DNA of 64,000 nt from Iphione sp. A-MEVVRFRX5 (lineage: Eukaryota): positions 54,374,001-54,438,000 of the forward strand of contig OZ320321.1 in assembly GCA_976226885.1 (NCBI GenBank). Reading direction: 5' to 3'. The notes under the pieces were generated by a model. That model ran no database searches. It saw nothing but the letters and a program-made list of their open reading frames with translations, and was not told the origin of the DNA. Shown here in pieces: positions 40,001 to 55,000 of the stretch. The translations under genes were made by a program, and so were the position numbers. Numbering within the stretch: position 1 is the stretch's first letter; each line of letters begins with the position of its first letter.

Positions 40001-43000
40001 GCTAACACATATTGACTCGGAACAAATTAACAGGATGATCAGGATAGGGGCGATGGACCCCCGGGCCTCCAAGCCGCAGATTCTGACACCCCACATCAGG
40101 GAAGGGAAAATGCGCTTGTCGACCTTCTGGAGACCGAGGTAAATTGAAGAGGAAACGCCTTACTCTGTAGCAGCCAGGCTGTGATTGTGGATACCTGGAC
40201 TGTGTGGTGTTTCAGCTTCTTTCATCATTTATTTATTTTCAAATGTTTTGTTTACGAATTGGAACCTCCATCTGTACTTTATATTCTAACAAGTGTATAT
40301 TATTTTATATGTGAGTAAGTGGGAAAACCGTGCATGCGATTTTCGTAGCTTGTAAATTAGTAAATTATGAATACAGGTATTCAAAAGGAAAAAAAATACT
40401 TTCATCACATGTTGCCATTGCTTGTTGCGTGAATGATGGATGGTAAGGCACCCCACCTAATCTGTCTGTATGGATTGTAAAATATCAGTTGTGAATGTGT
40501 GAAACTCTCCTTACAGATTTCAATATGGGAAACAATGGTAACACAATCTTAACGCAAAGCCATGAGCTTGATTTTTGCACAGTCTTTGTGTACACGCTTA
40601 AGCACATATTTTTCAGATTTTCCGAGAATTCAATTTAAAATAGACGTCGATTAGACAACTCGCTTCCGCATATATTGTATAGAACTGCTGTAGCTACCAA
40701 CCCTTGTGTGTGATTGTCGTTTTTCTTGGTGTCCTGTTCGAAAACTCTACCCAAATCCCCCTTTTTATATCATAAAGAAACTGAGAGGGTTAGGCAAAAC
40801 ACAATCACACAACAAGAAAGAATATAATAATAGCTGCTAGAGCCTTATTAGACATTTTGCTCCTAAACAAATTCGATAACAGTGACAGACTAGCTTTGGG
40901 CATTTATCAGTAAATGGTTTCTTTGGTGATTCAACATAACAAATGTCAGTTTTGGTTCCATGTACAGAACATCAAGCATGAAAAGGATCCAATTAAACTT
41001 ACACTTATCTACATGTCATATAGATATACAGTTTTACATATATCCATGTTCATGTAATTATTATTTTACTACTTTTCTTTCAAATAATGTACATGTACAT
41101 GTGCTGAGCGGCACATAGCTTCGCTCCCATGAATTGTTACCTGAGGATACACCGTTTCCTACTATATTGGCACCGTGTGACATCAGTTGTGTAGACAAAT
41201 AGCACTAATAAAATCTATAATGTGATAAACAAGTTTCTGCTTTGCCGCAAATATCAGGATGAGGTTACACCTTTCTGCAAAATGCATTCTGCACTTAATT
41301 CCTAAGACAGGATGCATTAGCATAATGAAATATATGAAAATATATCTGTCTTTTTTTAACGATGATACACGAAAGTTCCTGACATTGAAACCATAAACAT
41401 GCTTCCAGTACCATTTCCCATCTTCATATACTGCATGCTGACTTCATTTTCATGATCTTAAGTTTTTCAGTAAATAATCCCCCAGAGAAAAAAATGCAAT
41501 AAGTCACATAACCGATTCCATACTCGTATCTAGATTTGTACATTGATTCTTTCAGGTGGAATCTCTCAAGGGTCAGCTGGAGCGGACACGCGGTGAGCTG
41601 TCCGAGACCAAGCAGCAGAATCACGATTTGAAGATGCAGCTGAGGTCGACGCATCGTGACCAGCACGAACTCATAGCCGATCTGGAGACGGACCAGTCCC
41701 GCTACCTCACCCAGGTAAACCCGAACACATACTCAACATCATCACAGTTTCAATCAAAAGGAAAAAAACTTGGCCAATGGGACCGGCGTTGTGTTTGTCA
41801 TAGGTTTTCGCCTCTTAATGGGTATAATTTCCTAATTAAATTTGCATGTGATTAATAATAGGCTTCTGTTAGATGAAACCCTGTGATACACATTGCACTA
41901 TAATCTCATGAATAAGGGTTGAATGTCTGCGGCCGTCTATGAGACCTAACGACAGTGCAATGTGTTCATTGTTTTGTAGATTGAAGACATTCAAGATCAG
42001 ATGGAACACACCACTGAATTCCTCCAGACACGTCTGGCCGAGAAAGAGGCTAAGCTAGCTGAGCAGGAGAGCCATGCAGAACTAACTAAACTCCAGGTAT
42101 GGCTTTCGTCTATAGTATAATTGCTATGTCGCTGCTAATTCCCTATACATCTTTTGTTAGAGCACAATATCACCAGTTATGTTTGTGTTATGTTTGTCTC
42201 AAGTTGTGTTTGTGATATGTTCTGCGTGAAATCTCTTCATCATCTTGGTTATCTGTGAGACTGACAATGATGACTTGATTCTTGAATAGAATGTAAGAAT
42301 TTGACTCTTTGGTGACAGACCCATGTATAGAGGGGACAGCGAGAAGGGATGTCACCACGTCATTAGAACCATGTTGGTCAGCTGCAGAGAATTTATTCAC
42401 ATGTCTTTGTCAACATAGCTACATGATATACCAGTGAACATTCAATTCCGTTTTGTACACTATGATATTTGACCAGTTGCAAGTACCTAGTTCTCCAGAA
42501 GGATAACTACTCCTGAGAATAAAATGTCCCTGCCATATATATGTATGTGAGAAGGAAACAGTAAGTGAATTAAATTTGGATGTGCTTTCATCAATTCTCA
42601 GGTTCAAACTCTCAAAAAGCATCTGAAAGAAGCTAAGGATAGCATGGAGACGCAGGAGGCACAGCTTAAAGCTCTGCAGTCTAAACTTGAGTCATCAAGT
42701 CTAAGTCATGAACTGAGAGATGCAACTAAGGAAAAGGAGCATTTCCAGAAACTCTGCCAAGATCTGGAAAGTAAACTAAAGGCCCATGAAGAAGAGGTGG
42801 AGCGCCTTGAAGCACAGTTGTCACGCAAGACCCAGCTGCTCAGCCAGCGGGAGCAGCGTCTGCAGGGCATGCAGGAGGCACTTGAGCAAGGTGAGCAGCA
42901 CATTCTGGACCTAGAGCGCGAGCTGGAAACCTTGGAGTCTCTCCGAAAGGAAATCAAAGTGGGAGAAGAAAAGATGGCTGACTTGGAAGAGGAGCTCAGT

Positions 43001-46000
43001 GCTGCCCGGAGCCAGCTGAGTGAGCAAGACCAGGAGATCGCTTTCAAGGATGATATCCATCGTGAGGAAATCAACCGCATCGAGCACCAGTTCAGTCTGG
43101 AGAAGTCCAAGCTGGAGGATCATCTTGAAGACCTGGAAAAACAACTGGAGAGGACGAGGCGGCAGTCGACCATGTCCGACTCGTTGAATTCCAACATGGC
43201 TGACATCCTGCGTGAGAAGGACGAGACCATTGCTCAGCTAGAAGAGAAGCTCATTGAGAATGACTCCAAGATCGACGAACTCACGGAGGAGATTACGATG
43301 GAGATTGAAGAAACAACCCACCTTCAACAAAATCTGGACGCCTCGTACAACGAAACGGCACGTGTGAAGCGTGACCTCGATGATTTGAATCATGAAATCT
43401 CCCATTTGAAAGAAACTCTTGAAGAGTCAAGGAGAGAGAAAGAAAATCTAAAGAAGGCTGTAGATGCACAACGCCAAGAACTGAAAGAGGCTCACCAGGA
43501 GCAGGTGACACTGAAAGAACAGGTGGATGCTCTCCAGAGAGAGAATAATGAACTACGACATGCAGTTGAGGAGCTGAAGAGCAGCTCCAGCTCGTCTGAG
43601 TCTTCACAGCAAATGCAGGACCTAGCCATGGAATGCGAGGAGCATCGCTGTCAGAACGAAGCTTTCAAAGAAGAATGCGCGAAACTGGAGCGGGACATAG
43701 CAGATGCCAATCAGCGGGTAGCCAGTTACGAGGCTCATGTGAGGGAGCAGAAGGAGCAGTATGAAAACGACCTCGCCAAGCGTCACAAAGAATTAGAAGA
43801 GGCACGCAAGTTGACATCTGATTTGCAGTCCCAGCTTATGTCAGCAGAGGCAGCGGTCAGTGAAAACCAGAAGCTCATAGATGAAAATATGGCCTCCGCA
43901 CAAGTCTTCGGACTAGGTGCTAGTCCCCACAGTGAAGAGACTAAAGAACGCAAGGCACCTTCTGAAAGCTCCGAGTTGAAGAGGGTCGAGGAGGACTTAA
44001 ATGACCTCACCACCAAGTACAATCGTAGTATGGCAGAAGTGAAGCGGCTGCGGAATGAGTTGCGTGAAGCACATATTAGTATTGATGACTTGGAGATCGC
44101 CTCAACCAGTCTGAAGCAGCAATCAAAGGCCCTGGAGACTGACTACCAGCAGCAGTTGGCAATGATGAGCAACCGAGTGCAAGACCTGACGAACAAGCTG
44201 GCAACTTCCGATAAGAAAGTACGCAAGCTTGAGCGGCGGGCAGCCAGGAGAGAGTCGAAGCTTAAACTGAGGAGGGACTCCCTCGAATGCAGTGAAAAGA
44301 CGAGTGGTAGCAGTGGCGAAGCCGAACATGAGAAGGAAAGTGACATTCAGGCCACCGACCCGGAGGTCATGGCTCTGTTGCAAGCCGTCGTTGGTAGCGA
44401 TAACAGCAGCACGGCAGACGAGAACACCTCCAGTACACAAGCCGCTGCTTTGAATGTTTCAACCAGCAGTGCCAATAGCAAACTAGAAGACAGTATAAAT
44501 ACCACCGAGACGGAAGTCTCCGAGACGGACCTTCTGACGTTAGCAGATCCAGAAGTGGCAGCCAGATTCAAACAACTTCAGGAAACAGTCACACAGGCAG
44601 AGGCGAGGATAAAGGAACTATCGAGGCAGCTTGAAATGACCACACCCGAGGGACAGAACAAAGTTCTCGAGGAGACGTTAGACCAGAACAAGAAATACGA
44701 ACAGCAGATCATCTTCCTCACCGCGAAGTTGAACAAGAGGAGTGCGCCGGCGTCGGTAGAAGCTGCTAAAGCCAAGAGAGCCGCAGTTAAGGAAACCAGA
44801 ACTGGTCAACTCGTCCCTGAGACTGAGGTGGACCAGCCACAAGGATCTCTTGAGGATATTCAGTCGAAGCTCTCCCAGGTTGTTAATGAACTAGGCGCCA
44901 TGGGCACAAAACCCACTGGAGACTTCACAGGTACCATTCAGATCCTGCGGGAGCGGCTGAAAACCATACTGAAGGAGATCAACGTCAGCGACGGGGAGAG
45001 TCTCACTGAGGCAGCGAATAGTAGTGGGACACCAACGTTGACCCAACCACTCAATGCAGGGTTAGTGCTCGATGTGGAGGATCCTATCCGAATGTTCGCC
45101 GAGAAGCTATCCCTGGAGGCGGTGTTGGTCGGGGAAATGGCCCATCTGATTCGAACGGGGCAGGACCACATGATGTCTGAACGTGAGGTCTACCTGCATG
45201 AGATCGCCGAGGCCAACCACCGCATTCTAGAACTGGAACAGAAGGTACAAAAGTTGCAGGCCACCGAAAATAAAGCCGTGGGGCAAAAGGAGGAAGTGGC
45301 GGGACAGGTGAAAGATCCCAGGACCACAAAATGCTCAGAACTTCTGGCAGAGAAGATTCTTCTGCAAGGTCAAATGCAGATGCTTCTTGAGAAGTATAAA
45401 GAACAAGAAGAAACGACTACCAGCGCACAAAATATCTCAAGAGACAGTGTAGCTATAAGTATGGGCCAAGAAGCCCTATTTAAGAGTCGCTTTTCTGAAA
45501 AACTACAAACCTCAGGTTCAGACCAAAACATCCTTTCTCTGGCATCCCGTGTTCTGGTGCATGGAGAGCTTACATTTGTACTCAATAAGTTGCGGGAACG
45601 GATGGCCGACAGTCGCACTGATCAAGAGCGGATCGACCTCTTGGACCACGAGTTGGAGCTGTCTCACCAGCGACTGTGTGAACGAGCCAACATGATGTGT
45701 GACGGAGTCGAAGCCTTCAAAGTGGCCGCGCTAGATCGTCTGGCCGCGAGCATCCTGAACAACAAAGCCAGCAAGCAACAAGTGGAAGAGCAGCTCGGGA
45801 CAATGATCAGAAAGTGTGCGGCCGACTACCGAAAGTCTTCTGTCGATGCCGAGCACCTCGGGGTCATGACGGAGAGTATCCCCGAGAGCCGGCGACACGC
45901 CATGATTGAGTCGTCCGTGCAGCAGGAGGTGGAGGAGGCTGTCGAGTCTCTCACTGAGCGCTGTGACATTCAGAGCGGCACGCCTGGAGTAAGCAGTGAG

Positions 46001-49000
46001 GCGGACCTGAACGCCGTCCTGCTGGCTCTGTGCGAGGTGCTCTCCCAGAAGGCGGTCATCGACGGCCACATTGCTTACATCACGGAACAGATTCAGCAGC
46101 ACAAACAGCACGCACCACCTGAGGCGCGCGCACTGAATCCCCTGCGTCGCCATGACTCGGGCATCATCGTAGGCAGTGGCAGCTCCTTGCCTACCTCCCC
46201 GTCGGTAGAGGAGGGCAGCCCAGCCTCTAGTACTGATGGCGGTGATGCATCCAGCCTGGCCGCACGTCTCACCCAGGATGCAGCCGCCAAGCAGCGGCTG
46301 GCCTTATCACTGAGGGATCCTACCAGTGCCAGCTCAGGTCTCGGCACAGTCCAGACGCAGATAGCTGAGATTGCTGCTCGTCTAGTGAACGTGGACGTCG
46401 ACCTCATCAAACATCGCCGCCTGGTGAGCGACTACGCGGAGGTCATCGCTCAGGAGGCGCTCTTCCAAGCCCAGATGTCCTACCTGCTCAACCGATACAA
46501 GCTCGATCACGAACGCCAGGTGGAGCACCTCAAACGGCAGCTGGAGACCAGGTCACCGACCACGCAGGGCGACGATGATGAGACACAAGTGGAGCAGTTG
46601 GAGCACGAGATTACCCGCCTCAGCAACTTGTTAGCAGACAACGATGCAATGCTGAAGCAGGAGGCGGCGGCTGCCCAGGCTCGTATGGCCGGCTTAGAGG
46701 AAGAGCTTCAGAAACAAGAGGAATTCTTCCAACGCGAGGTATCCGCCTTGGAGGAACGGTACCAAAAACGCCTCCGAAGCACAGATCAGGAACTTCAAGA
46801 GACCCGGCAGGAGTTGGACAAATCCCAGCTTGCTGCCTCAGCAGAGAAGCAGAAATACTTGGAGAAAATCGCCGATTTAGAAGAGGACCTCCGCACTGCT
46901 AGGTCTGGACTTATGACTGTAGAGCAAACTGCTGCGTCGAAAGTACGTTCAGAGAAGGTTGCTAACTTGGAAGAAGAGCTGGAGGCTGCACAGAATAGCT
47001 TGAAAGTAAGCCAAGAGAAGCACAAATCGGAATTAGAGAGGCACTTGAACAAGATCGCCGATCTCGAGGAACAGATCACCACCATCACGTAAGTGTTTGG
47101 TCTTCTTTGTTATCGTGTTTGTTCACCCGTCATTAGCATATGCCACGTTTTAATCTGTATATTCAGGAACACATCAGAGTAGGCTAAAATATTGTGGCCA
47201 AAGTTAAATAAATGTACTGAGAGACAACACGTAAACCTCTGAGGTAAAGATATTAAAACATTGCTCATCCAGGGAGAACCACCAGGTGGAGCTCGCCCAG
47301 CACCAGGAGGACATGCGAACCGCCATGAAAGCTGTGAGCAACCAGAGCCTTGCCCACCTGGAGGACGAGGTGAAGACCCTCCGCACTCACCTGGAGGAGG
47401 AGCGGGCTCAGCACGCCTCCGAACTCATGCAGGTGCGGCGTGAGCTGGCTGGAGACGGCGACGACGCCGTCACCCAGAGCCAGCTGAGCACCAAGATACA
47501 GCACCTGGAGGTACAGATGGAGCACATACAGGTACGACGCTGACCAGGTCACAAGCAGTCACTCCATCACACGCCAGGACCAGTGTGATGCTTTTCAGTA
47601 TGAGTAGTGTTGCAGGACCAATCGTAAGATAGTAACTTGAATATGGCTTTATGTTGTATTATTTAGTGCGAGGGAAAAGTCATGAAGAATATTGAAACTT
47701 TACTAAGCCAGGTCGGTTTTGGGGATTTTCAGGATTAAAAGTAAATATGGCTATAAGACTTCCCAGGAATGGATGTGATCTATATAAGATGCCAGTCGTA
47801 TACATATAGTTGATATGTCTACAGCTGCTCCTCCAGTAAACTATTGGGGGTCTACATACCTTATACATTGTACTAGTGGGGAAACGAATGTGCCGTAAAC
47901 AATACCTTAATGTTTGAGTGTATACATCGTTCATTATTTTTCGCCCATTCAGGCGGACTATGAGCAGGAGCTGGCTGTGCAGCGGTCAGCCCACCGGCGT
48001 GAGCTGACCCGCAGTAAAGAGGAGCTGCTCGCCCTGCTGGCCCAGGCTGAGGCTAAGAGCATGTTGGTCGATGAGGCCACCATCCGAAAACGTTACACGA
48101 AAGAGATCGAACACATCAAGGTATCTATCCACGATTGACAAACTATTTTTCAAAATTTGTATTCGCCCGGGTATTTTTCATAACAGAACGTTTTTGAATT
48201 TCAAGAAGAAAAAGATACCAAGAAATTTGATAGAAAGAGTATCTCTGTCGTTTTGTACGGTTGAATGATATTTGAAGAGACGGATGATGTGGTTTGACAG
48301 TAAGTAATCTAACCTCCGCGTTCATGTGTACTTGCAGGAGATATACGACCGCGGCTTCTCGTCAATGGAGAAGTCCCATCAGCGTGTTCTCAAGGAGATG
48401 CGTGCGGCCCACAAAAGGGAACTGGATAAGCTGCGGTCGGAGAAGGACCAGCTGCTTGTAGAAGAGACCAAGGCCACGCAGGCTGGTGAGTAGACGGTGC
48501 TTTGTTTACGCTGCCCCATTGTAATTGCTTCAGCTTCCCTGAAATCTGAAACCTGTGTTCTAGTAACAGATAGGAGGTGTCTGGTGATACATCCGTTAAG
48601 ATGTATATGTTAGGGAGAAATCCTCACGAATGCATGTCAGCACATGTATTTCATGAAAACTTACTCGATGGATGATAACCTTTGGGCCAGAGGAGCCATC
48701 GAACATTGTTTACAGGCGGAATTTCCTTTTATCTGCATCAGAATTATCACCCAACGATGGTGAGTGAAAAGTCAGATATTTCCTCTTGTAGTTATAAAAT
48801 CATGATTTACCGACAGATTTCAATCCTGTCATCCAATATCTTCTGCATGACATGGTCACCAGCACAGTATGCTACATATAATCCACATACCTTGTTGCGG
48901 TAGCCCTTCGAGGCATTGTTGTTTCCTGCCAGTTTGCGAACGTACAAATATGTTACACTATAGTGGCACAGTCCATTCATCATGACATCAGTGGTTGCAT

Positions 49001-52000
49001 ACCTGTAGGTGGCTAGTCCATGCAGAACATGTATGTTTGAGTAAATATACCCTGAACAGAGGACACAAATATATGACAGATGAAGTATAGTAGTACCTCC
49101 ATGAGGAATTACTTGTACCACTATGTCCCACTGGACTGCCCCCACGTGTAGAGTTGGACTCTCCTTGTTACTGTTTCTATGACACTATCCTCGACAGTAC
49201 GCGAGGTATCTTGAAGACGGACCTTAAGATGGCATGCATTTCTTATTTTAAGTCTGATATAAGCCTTGGAGTACGCTTGTCCTGTGCGCCTAGTGTTGCG
49301 TTCCAAGCATGTATTTTGGAAGGCATGTGCAGTATATCAGACGTAAAGGAATTTTATGTCCTCGTTGCAAAAATTTATCCTTTTTTATTTAACGACAGTT
49401 TTCCTATTACTTTATTGCATATACGTGAACTTTCACCTAACTTAGGCTTCGTCTCGTATTGTCCCTAACTGCATAAACAGTATAGAAACTCATTCCATGA
49501 TAGCTAGTGGGAAACATTAGACTAGAAGAATAAAAGGCCAAGGGAAAGTAAAGCACTTCTGTAAGTAGCCGTACTTGTAGAAATTCAGACAGTGGTGCAA
49601 CAATTACAAGATTGCCCGCCTCTTGTACTGTAACAAAGTGTTGAATAAATGATCTGAATTCATGTAATTCTCTTTGGAAATCAGGGCAATTCAGATAAAG
49701 TTTTTTTTTATAGGAAAAAGCCTGTTTGTTTGGAAAGAATATATTTTCAGCTATTGGGTCAGTAGAAATCAGGGTCTGACTGTAGATAAGTGGGGCTACA
49801 TCTCAAGTATTTCTTTCCATTACCAATGTTGTTTACACAATGACCTACAGCACTTGATGCCATGCGGAAGGCTCACGAGGCAGAGGTTCAGAAGGAACGT
49901 AACAAATTCCTGGATGCCATCTCCAAGACCTACTCCCATAGCGACGTAGAATCCATTCAAAGACAACACGAGTAAGTTCTTTCTCATACTAAGTACATGT
50001 ATGCTTACTTTAGAAAAGTCGTTTGAAACGGCAAACCCGCAGCTGATTTTCTTCAGGGATAGGAATGCTATGTTTCCATCCAGATGATAAGCGCAAGTGG
50101 GTTATTTTTTCATTAAAACGTAGTGACCTTTATTCATCCACCCTTTGTATCATCGTCTTCAGGGAAGACTTGGAACTGATACAGAACGAAATCCGGCAGC
50201 TCTCCGAAACGCTGTCGGTGAAGTGTCTGGAGAACGCCTCCCTGGAGGAGCGGCTGGAGGTCCAGACCCGCGCCCTCAGTGACAGCAGGAGTCGGGAACA
50301 TGAACTCATGGCCAGGTGAGCATGTCGGCGAGACTTAGGAGTCTAGTGTTAAGCGTCTCTTGTGTGTCTTTTATACATCGTGTGATATTGAGTGACTTTT
50401 AATCAGGATCGGCATTTTCATCATCTTAATCGTAGAATACGTTCAGATGCCTTCCAGTGCATTCGATGTGAAGTTTTAGATACTGAATTTTCGGTGTAGA
50501 GCTTCGTTATGAGACAGACTATCGGATGACTGTAGATGGTTTCGTCATTTCGTAACCCATCGCAGGAATGAGGAGTTGAATCTGCGACTGCGGCAGGACA
50601 TTGAGCGACTAACCAAGCTGATCAAGGGCACCTCGACAGCCGGCAGTCCATACCGACGACAGAGTGAACCGCCCGAAGTCTATGATCTCAGGGTGAGCTA
50701 CAAGAGGAAGGGGACTGCTTCCTCTCTACCACGCGTACACACAACCACACATGCATTCACCTACATTCACACTGACACCTGCACATAGAACTTGTACGCA
50801 AATGACTTCCATTTACGTGGACTAGAAAGTATGAATCAAACAACAGGTTAAAAGGTTCCTATGTGGGCATGGCATCGCCATTTCCTTCATATCACTAGCT
50901 GTATGTTGATTTGTTATTGAAACTCAAGTATTTTCATTTCTTGCTTAGATTTCCTTTTGTTACTATGATAGATGATACAATATCTTTCAGTTGTTCTCTC
51001 GGGCAACTCTGTTTTGATATTTAAATATTTCAGGACTGAAATCGTACAAATTACTTTTGTGTGTCGTTGGTGTCTGCGTCAAAAATTGCATCGGCCATTC
51101 CTAATCACCCAAAGTTTTTCATTTTATTTTAATAATGCTGCGTTTATCAGAAGTCGCTTGAAACTAAACTGCATTTGTAACATATTAGTAACTGAAAGAC
51201 CGTTCCTTAATATAAATAACACGGATAATTATTGTATCATTGATTCATTTGCTCGCGCATGTTGCAGTATTGATCGCATTTAGCATGTTAGTTCTGTTGT
51301 ATCGTGCTATGCATGTGTTTTTACTTTTGACTAGTGTAAACGCGTCTTGATTTAAGAAGAAAATAACGTGTCCTTATGACCATACGTTCCGTTGAAAGAG
51401 AAGCTTGCTAGTTATTTTTGTTCCTCAGTATCAGTCTCAATTGAGTAGATGTTTTTAATATTTTGTGCATGTGTCATTAACATAGTGAGTGTGCATGTGT
51501 AGACTATTTCATATTCCACGCGCATGGCAATGTATGAAAGGGTGCGTTTGTATGAGAGAGCCAACTTGGGAACGTTGCTGAACATTTGGTGGCTGCCAAC
51601 AGGTGGCGTTGAAGGTCAAGGACGTGGAGATGCAGCAACTGCGGGATGAGATCGAAGGGCTGAAGACGCAGCTGCTTGGTACCACTGAGGTGAAGAAAGG
51701 GGTCATATTCACTCTTTTGTAGACGGGGCACGAAGCATTGAGGTACAGCAAGGGAGGTGGGTTGGGGGGGGGGCAAATGGAATCAAGGGTGCAGTAAGAC
51801 TTTTCTGGATGACAGAAATGGCGAGGCACATTGGTAGATAAGGAGTATAGACAACGTAAGCGCATGCTATTTGTGGATTATGGACACACATCTATGCGAT
51901 TCAACCGTGAAAGGACTGACTTTAAAGTTCACAGAAGTACCTGGGGAAAAGTTGGTTTGTTTTGAAGGCTACACCCATCTGTAGATAAGTAAACGTATAT

Positions 52001-55000
52001 GTACGCCCATAGAGAGGCCAGTTGCACCGCGCGAGGCAAATTGATGCATTAAGTTAGTTACTGGGTTAAGGTCATAGACAATTTTCAGTTTACATTTTCG
52101 TTTTGGTTGTTTCTGAGCTTCCAGCATTTTCTAAAGATCCCATAGGATCTATCAACGAATTAGCTATCACAAGTCGTACCTTGATATACTTATGCTTATT
52201 GAATCCTATTTGCTACTGATCTTTCATTTGACGGCAGCCTTTTGTTGCATGAATTTGTTCTGGACAGGAATTTAATCAAGATCATTGGTTATTATATTAA
52301 TCACGGTGGCGGTTAAAACTCTGTTTACCTAAGAGAAATAAGTAGTCAATCCTTCAGAGGTAATAGTGTTTACCAGCCTCTTTTTATTGTTAAACTAGTC
52401 AAAGGTTACTATTGAAACGCAATGGTACGTTTTGTTTTCTTTACATAATCTACACTACACATAAACAAGACTGAATGTATAAAAATACCATTTTCATCAT
52501 GCACTGCGTCGCAGGTATTAGGTTGTGAGTGCGGATCTAAATATTTGTGTCTCATCTTGTGCCACCACCTGCTTGCCTTGGTAGGAGTTGGAGGACAGCA
52601 TGGAGAAGTACCAGGTGTTGCACAGCGAGCACGCGAAGGTGCGCAGCAGCTACGAGAGTCAGCTGAGCCGTCTCCGTCACCGACTTGATGACCTCACAGA
52701 TGATGATCCCGACATGGGCAGTAGTGGGGAGACGTCGAACCGGGCGGCAGCGGTAGAAGGCGCCCGCTTGGAGTCACGTAGAGGTAGATAACTTTTCAGC
52801 CTTTCTGAAAAGAATGTCCTCAAGTGAACCTCCAGCTTCCTTTTTGAACGTTACCTATAGATGTGAACAATGTCAAGGTACAGGACCTGGCAAGTTATAC
52901 TTGTATGCCGACCAATGTTCAGTTTCACCTGTGATTTTTGCAGGACACGCATCGTCGTTTGTTCGGTAACGCACACTCCCATCTTTCTGTGTTGGTCACC
53001 AGCTAGGAAGGATGGGGTGAAATATTCAATAATATTTTAATACAGAAACAGTCATGCCTGAAGCATGCCCACGCTTTGTTTACTTCACTGCAAGTTCTTA
53101 AGATGCTTGTATTGTACTTAATACCTCTCACTGGTCTCCTCTCTCAGAAGGATCACCCGACTCGATGCACCTGGATGATTCAAGCCGTATGACCCCAGAC
53201 GAGAGTGAGGATGGCGACCAACAGGGGGCGCAGGCCTCCAGCTCGCCCATGCGCACTTCAGGCCGTGCACTGCCACATGTTTCAACTGAAGCACGCAACG
53301 TTAAGCGCTTCCTATGGCGACAGCGACGTAGGTTTTGCCTTCATTCTTAAAGACTCGCAAACCTTATTCATTTATACACCCAAAGAGAGACTTGAGTGGC
53401 CTTATATTTAAGTATCAAAACTCTCAAGTGTCTGGAGCAACTCTTCTCTTCCTGTAAGGTTTACCGCTACATTTCTCATTCTATGTCAGCTTTTAGCAGG
53501 GCATTTTGGGGATGGCCTCTTTCATTTATGGTTGTAACATTTCCAGAAGGTCCAAGTGTTTCTCAACAAGAAGGCTAGTGTCCTGCTGGTAAGACTGTGC
53601 ACATGGCTGCATGCAGAGGCCTCTGTATACTTATTTTGCCCGTGGCCAAGTCCTCCAGTTCTGCTCCACAAATATTACATTTCACTCATAAAGAGGCGTT
53701 TTTCGAGCATGCACAGTCAGAACTTACTACCCATATTAGTCCTGATATGGACATGGATTAATGTTGCTGTGATCAGCAGCTTTTGCTGTACACATATATA
53801 CTCCAGTATAGTTTTATGGAACATTAATCATCCGGAGTGATTTTCTTGAGATCGTTGCCCACACTGGGGTTTGACTGTGCGCGTATAAGGAGAATTCTAA
53901 GCATGGCCAGTGTGCAATGAGCCCACAACTATCCCATAAGTCTTCTGGGCAGCTATTTGCCAATCGCCTTTTTGAATGAAGTGTGATATTTGGTTGCGCA
54001 GATTGTGGATAAACCTTTCATGTGTGTGCCTATTTGAAGTCAAACTAGTGGACATAACACCACGCTCTATACCTATAACCTTTTGCTTTTTTCGATCGTA
54101 CCACCTCATGACGAAAATTTACTCAATTTAAAATTCAGTCTTTTCTCACAGTTTTATTTGTTAATATCAAATACAAGTTCCTTTTTGTTTTTGTAATTGC
54201 TTTGACTACCTCATTCATCTTCAGTCATGTGAAACTTCTTTCTCATCGTCAATTGAAAACATTTATGGCTGTCCTTCCCTCACGTTTCCAGAGCAAAATC
54301 GCTGTTGATAAACCAGCCCCTTGGACTTTCTGTGTGTGTTATTGCGCCGTGTATTATTTGCACTGTGTCTTGTAAAATAGCTGCTATGAAACCTGGGTAA
54401 ACTAGTACTTTTATGAGATCAGATCAACTGATACTTTGATGTGTGTACTCCTCCCCTACAGTCGAAGAAATGTCCTCTGCCCTGTGGTAAATAAGCCTAT
54501 AAGGATATTTTGTTTTGTGGATGTGAAAGGCACTAAAGGGAAGCAATTTTTTAAATACAGGGGCTTTTTTGAAATAGGGAACTTTTTGTCCTTTCGTCGG
54601 TAAAGCACAAGAAATGTTGCTGCAGTATACAAGCCGTTGTTCATAAGGAAAGCATTACAATACACCATAGACAATACTTGCGCCCTCACGTCCATTAGAC
54701 AAACTTCGTCACTACATGAACATGTTGTCAGTGGTATTTCTCAGTGTACTAGACGCTAAGGTGAATGCTGGGGCATTCTTTAATCTGGTTTTCGCAGTTG
54801 AAATTCCCCACGTAGATGACGTTTTTTTTGCATGTGTGTAAGGTCTGCTTCTCGCATGACACGTGTTGTAGTTAGCCCCGTCGCATTGTGTTGGCACTTC
54901 GTAATCCAGGTAGACCTTACAGTTGCATGAACTTGTAGTGGCCACCAGTCTGTTCTAGATCTGTTGTCCGTTTTCTCCATCTCTCGTCGCGTTGAGCATG

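Noticed and set aside
42706-47552. Many minus-strand and alternate-frame ORFs over the giant exon and the next exon
   Set aside because: Shadow ORFs of a strongly biased coiled-coil coding strand; no independent motifs or splice structure
52944-52965. Possible 22-nt microexon (CAG...|GTAACG)
   Set aside because: Its phase (1 to 2) does not fit the downstream acceptors
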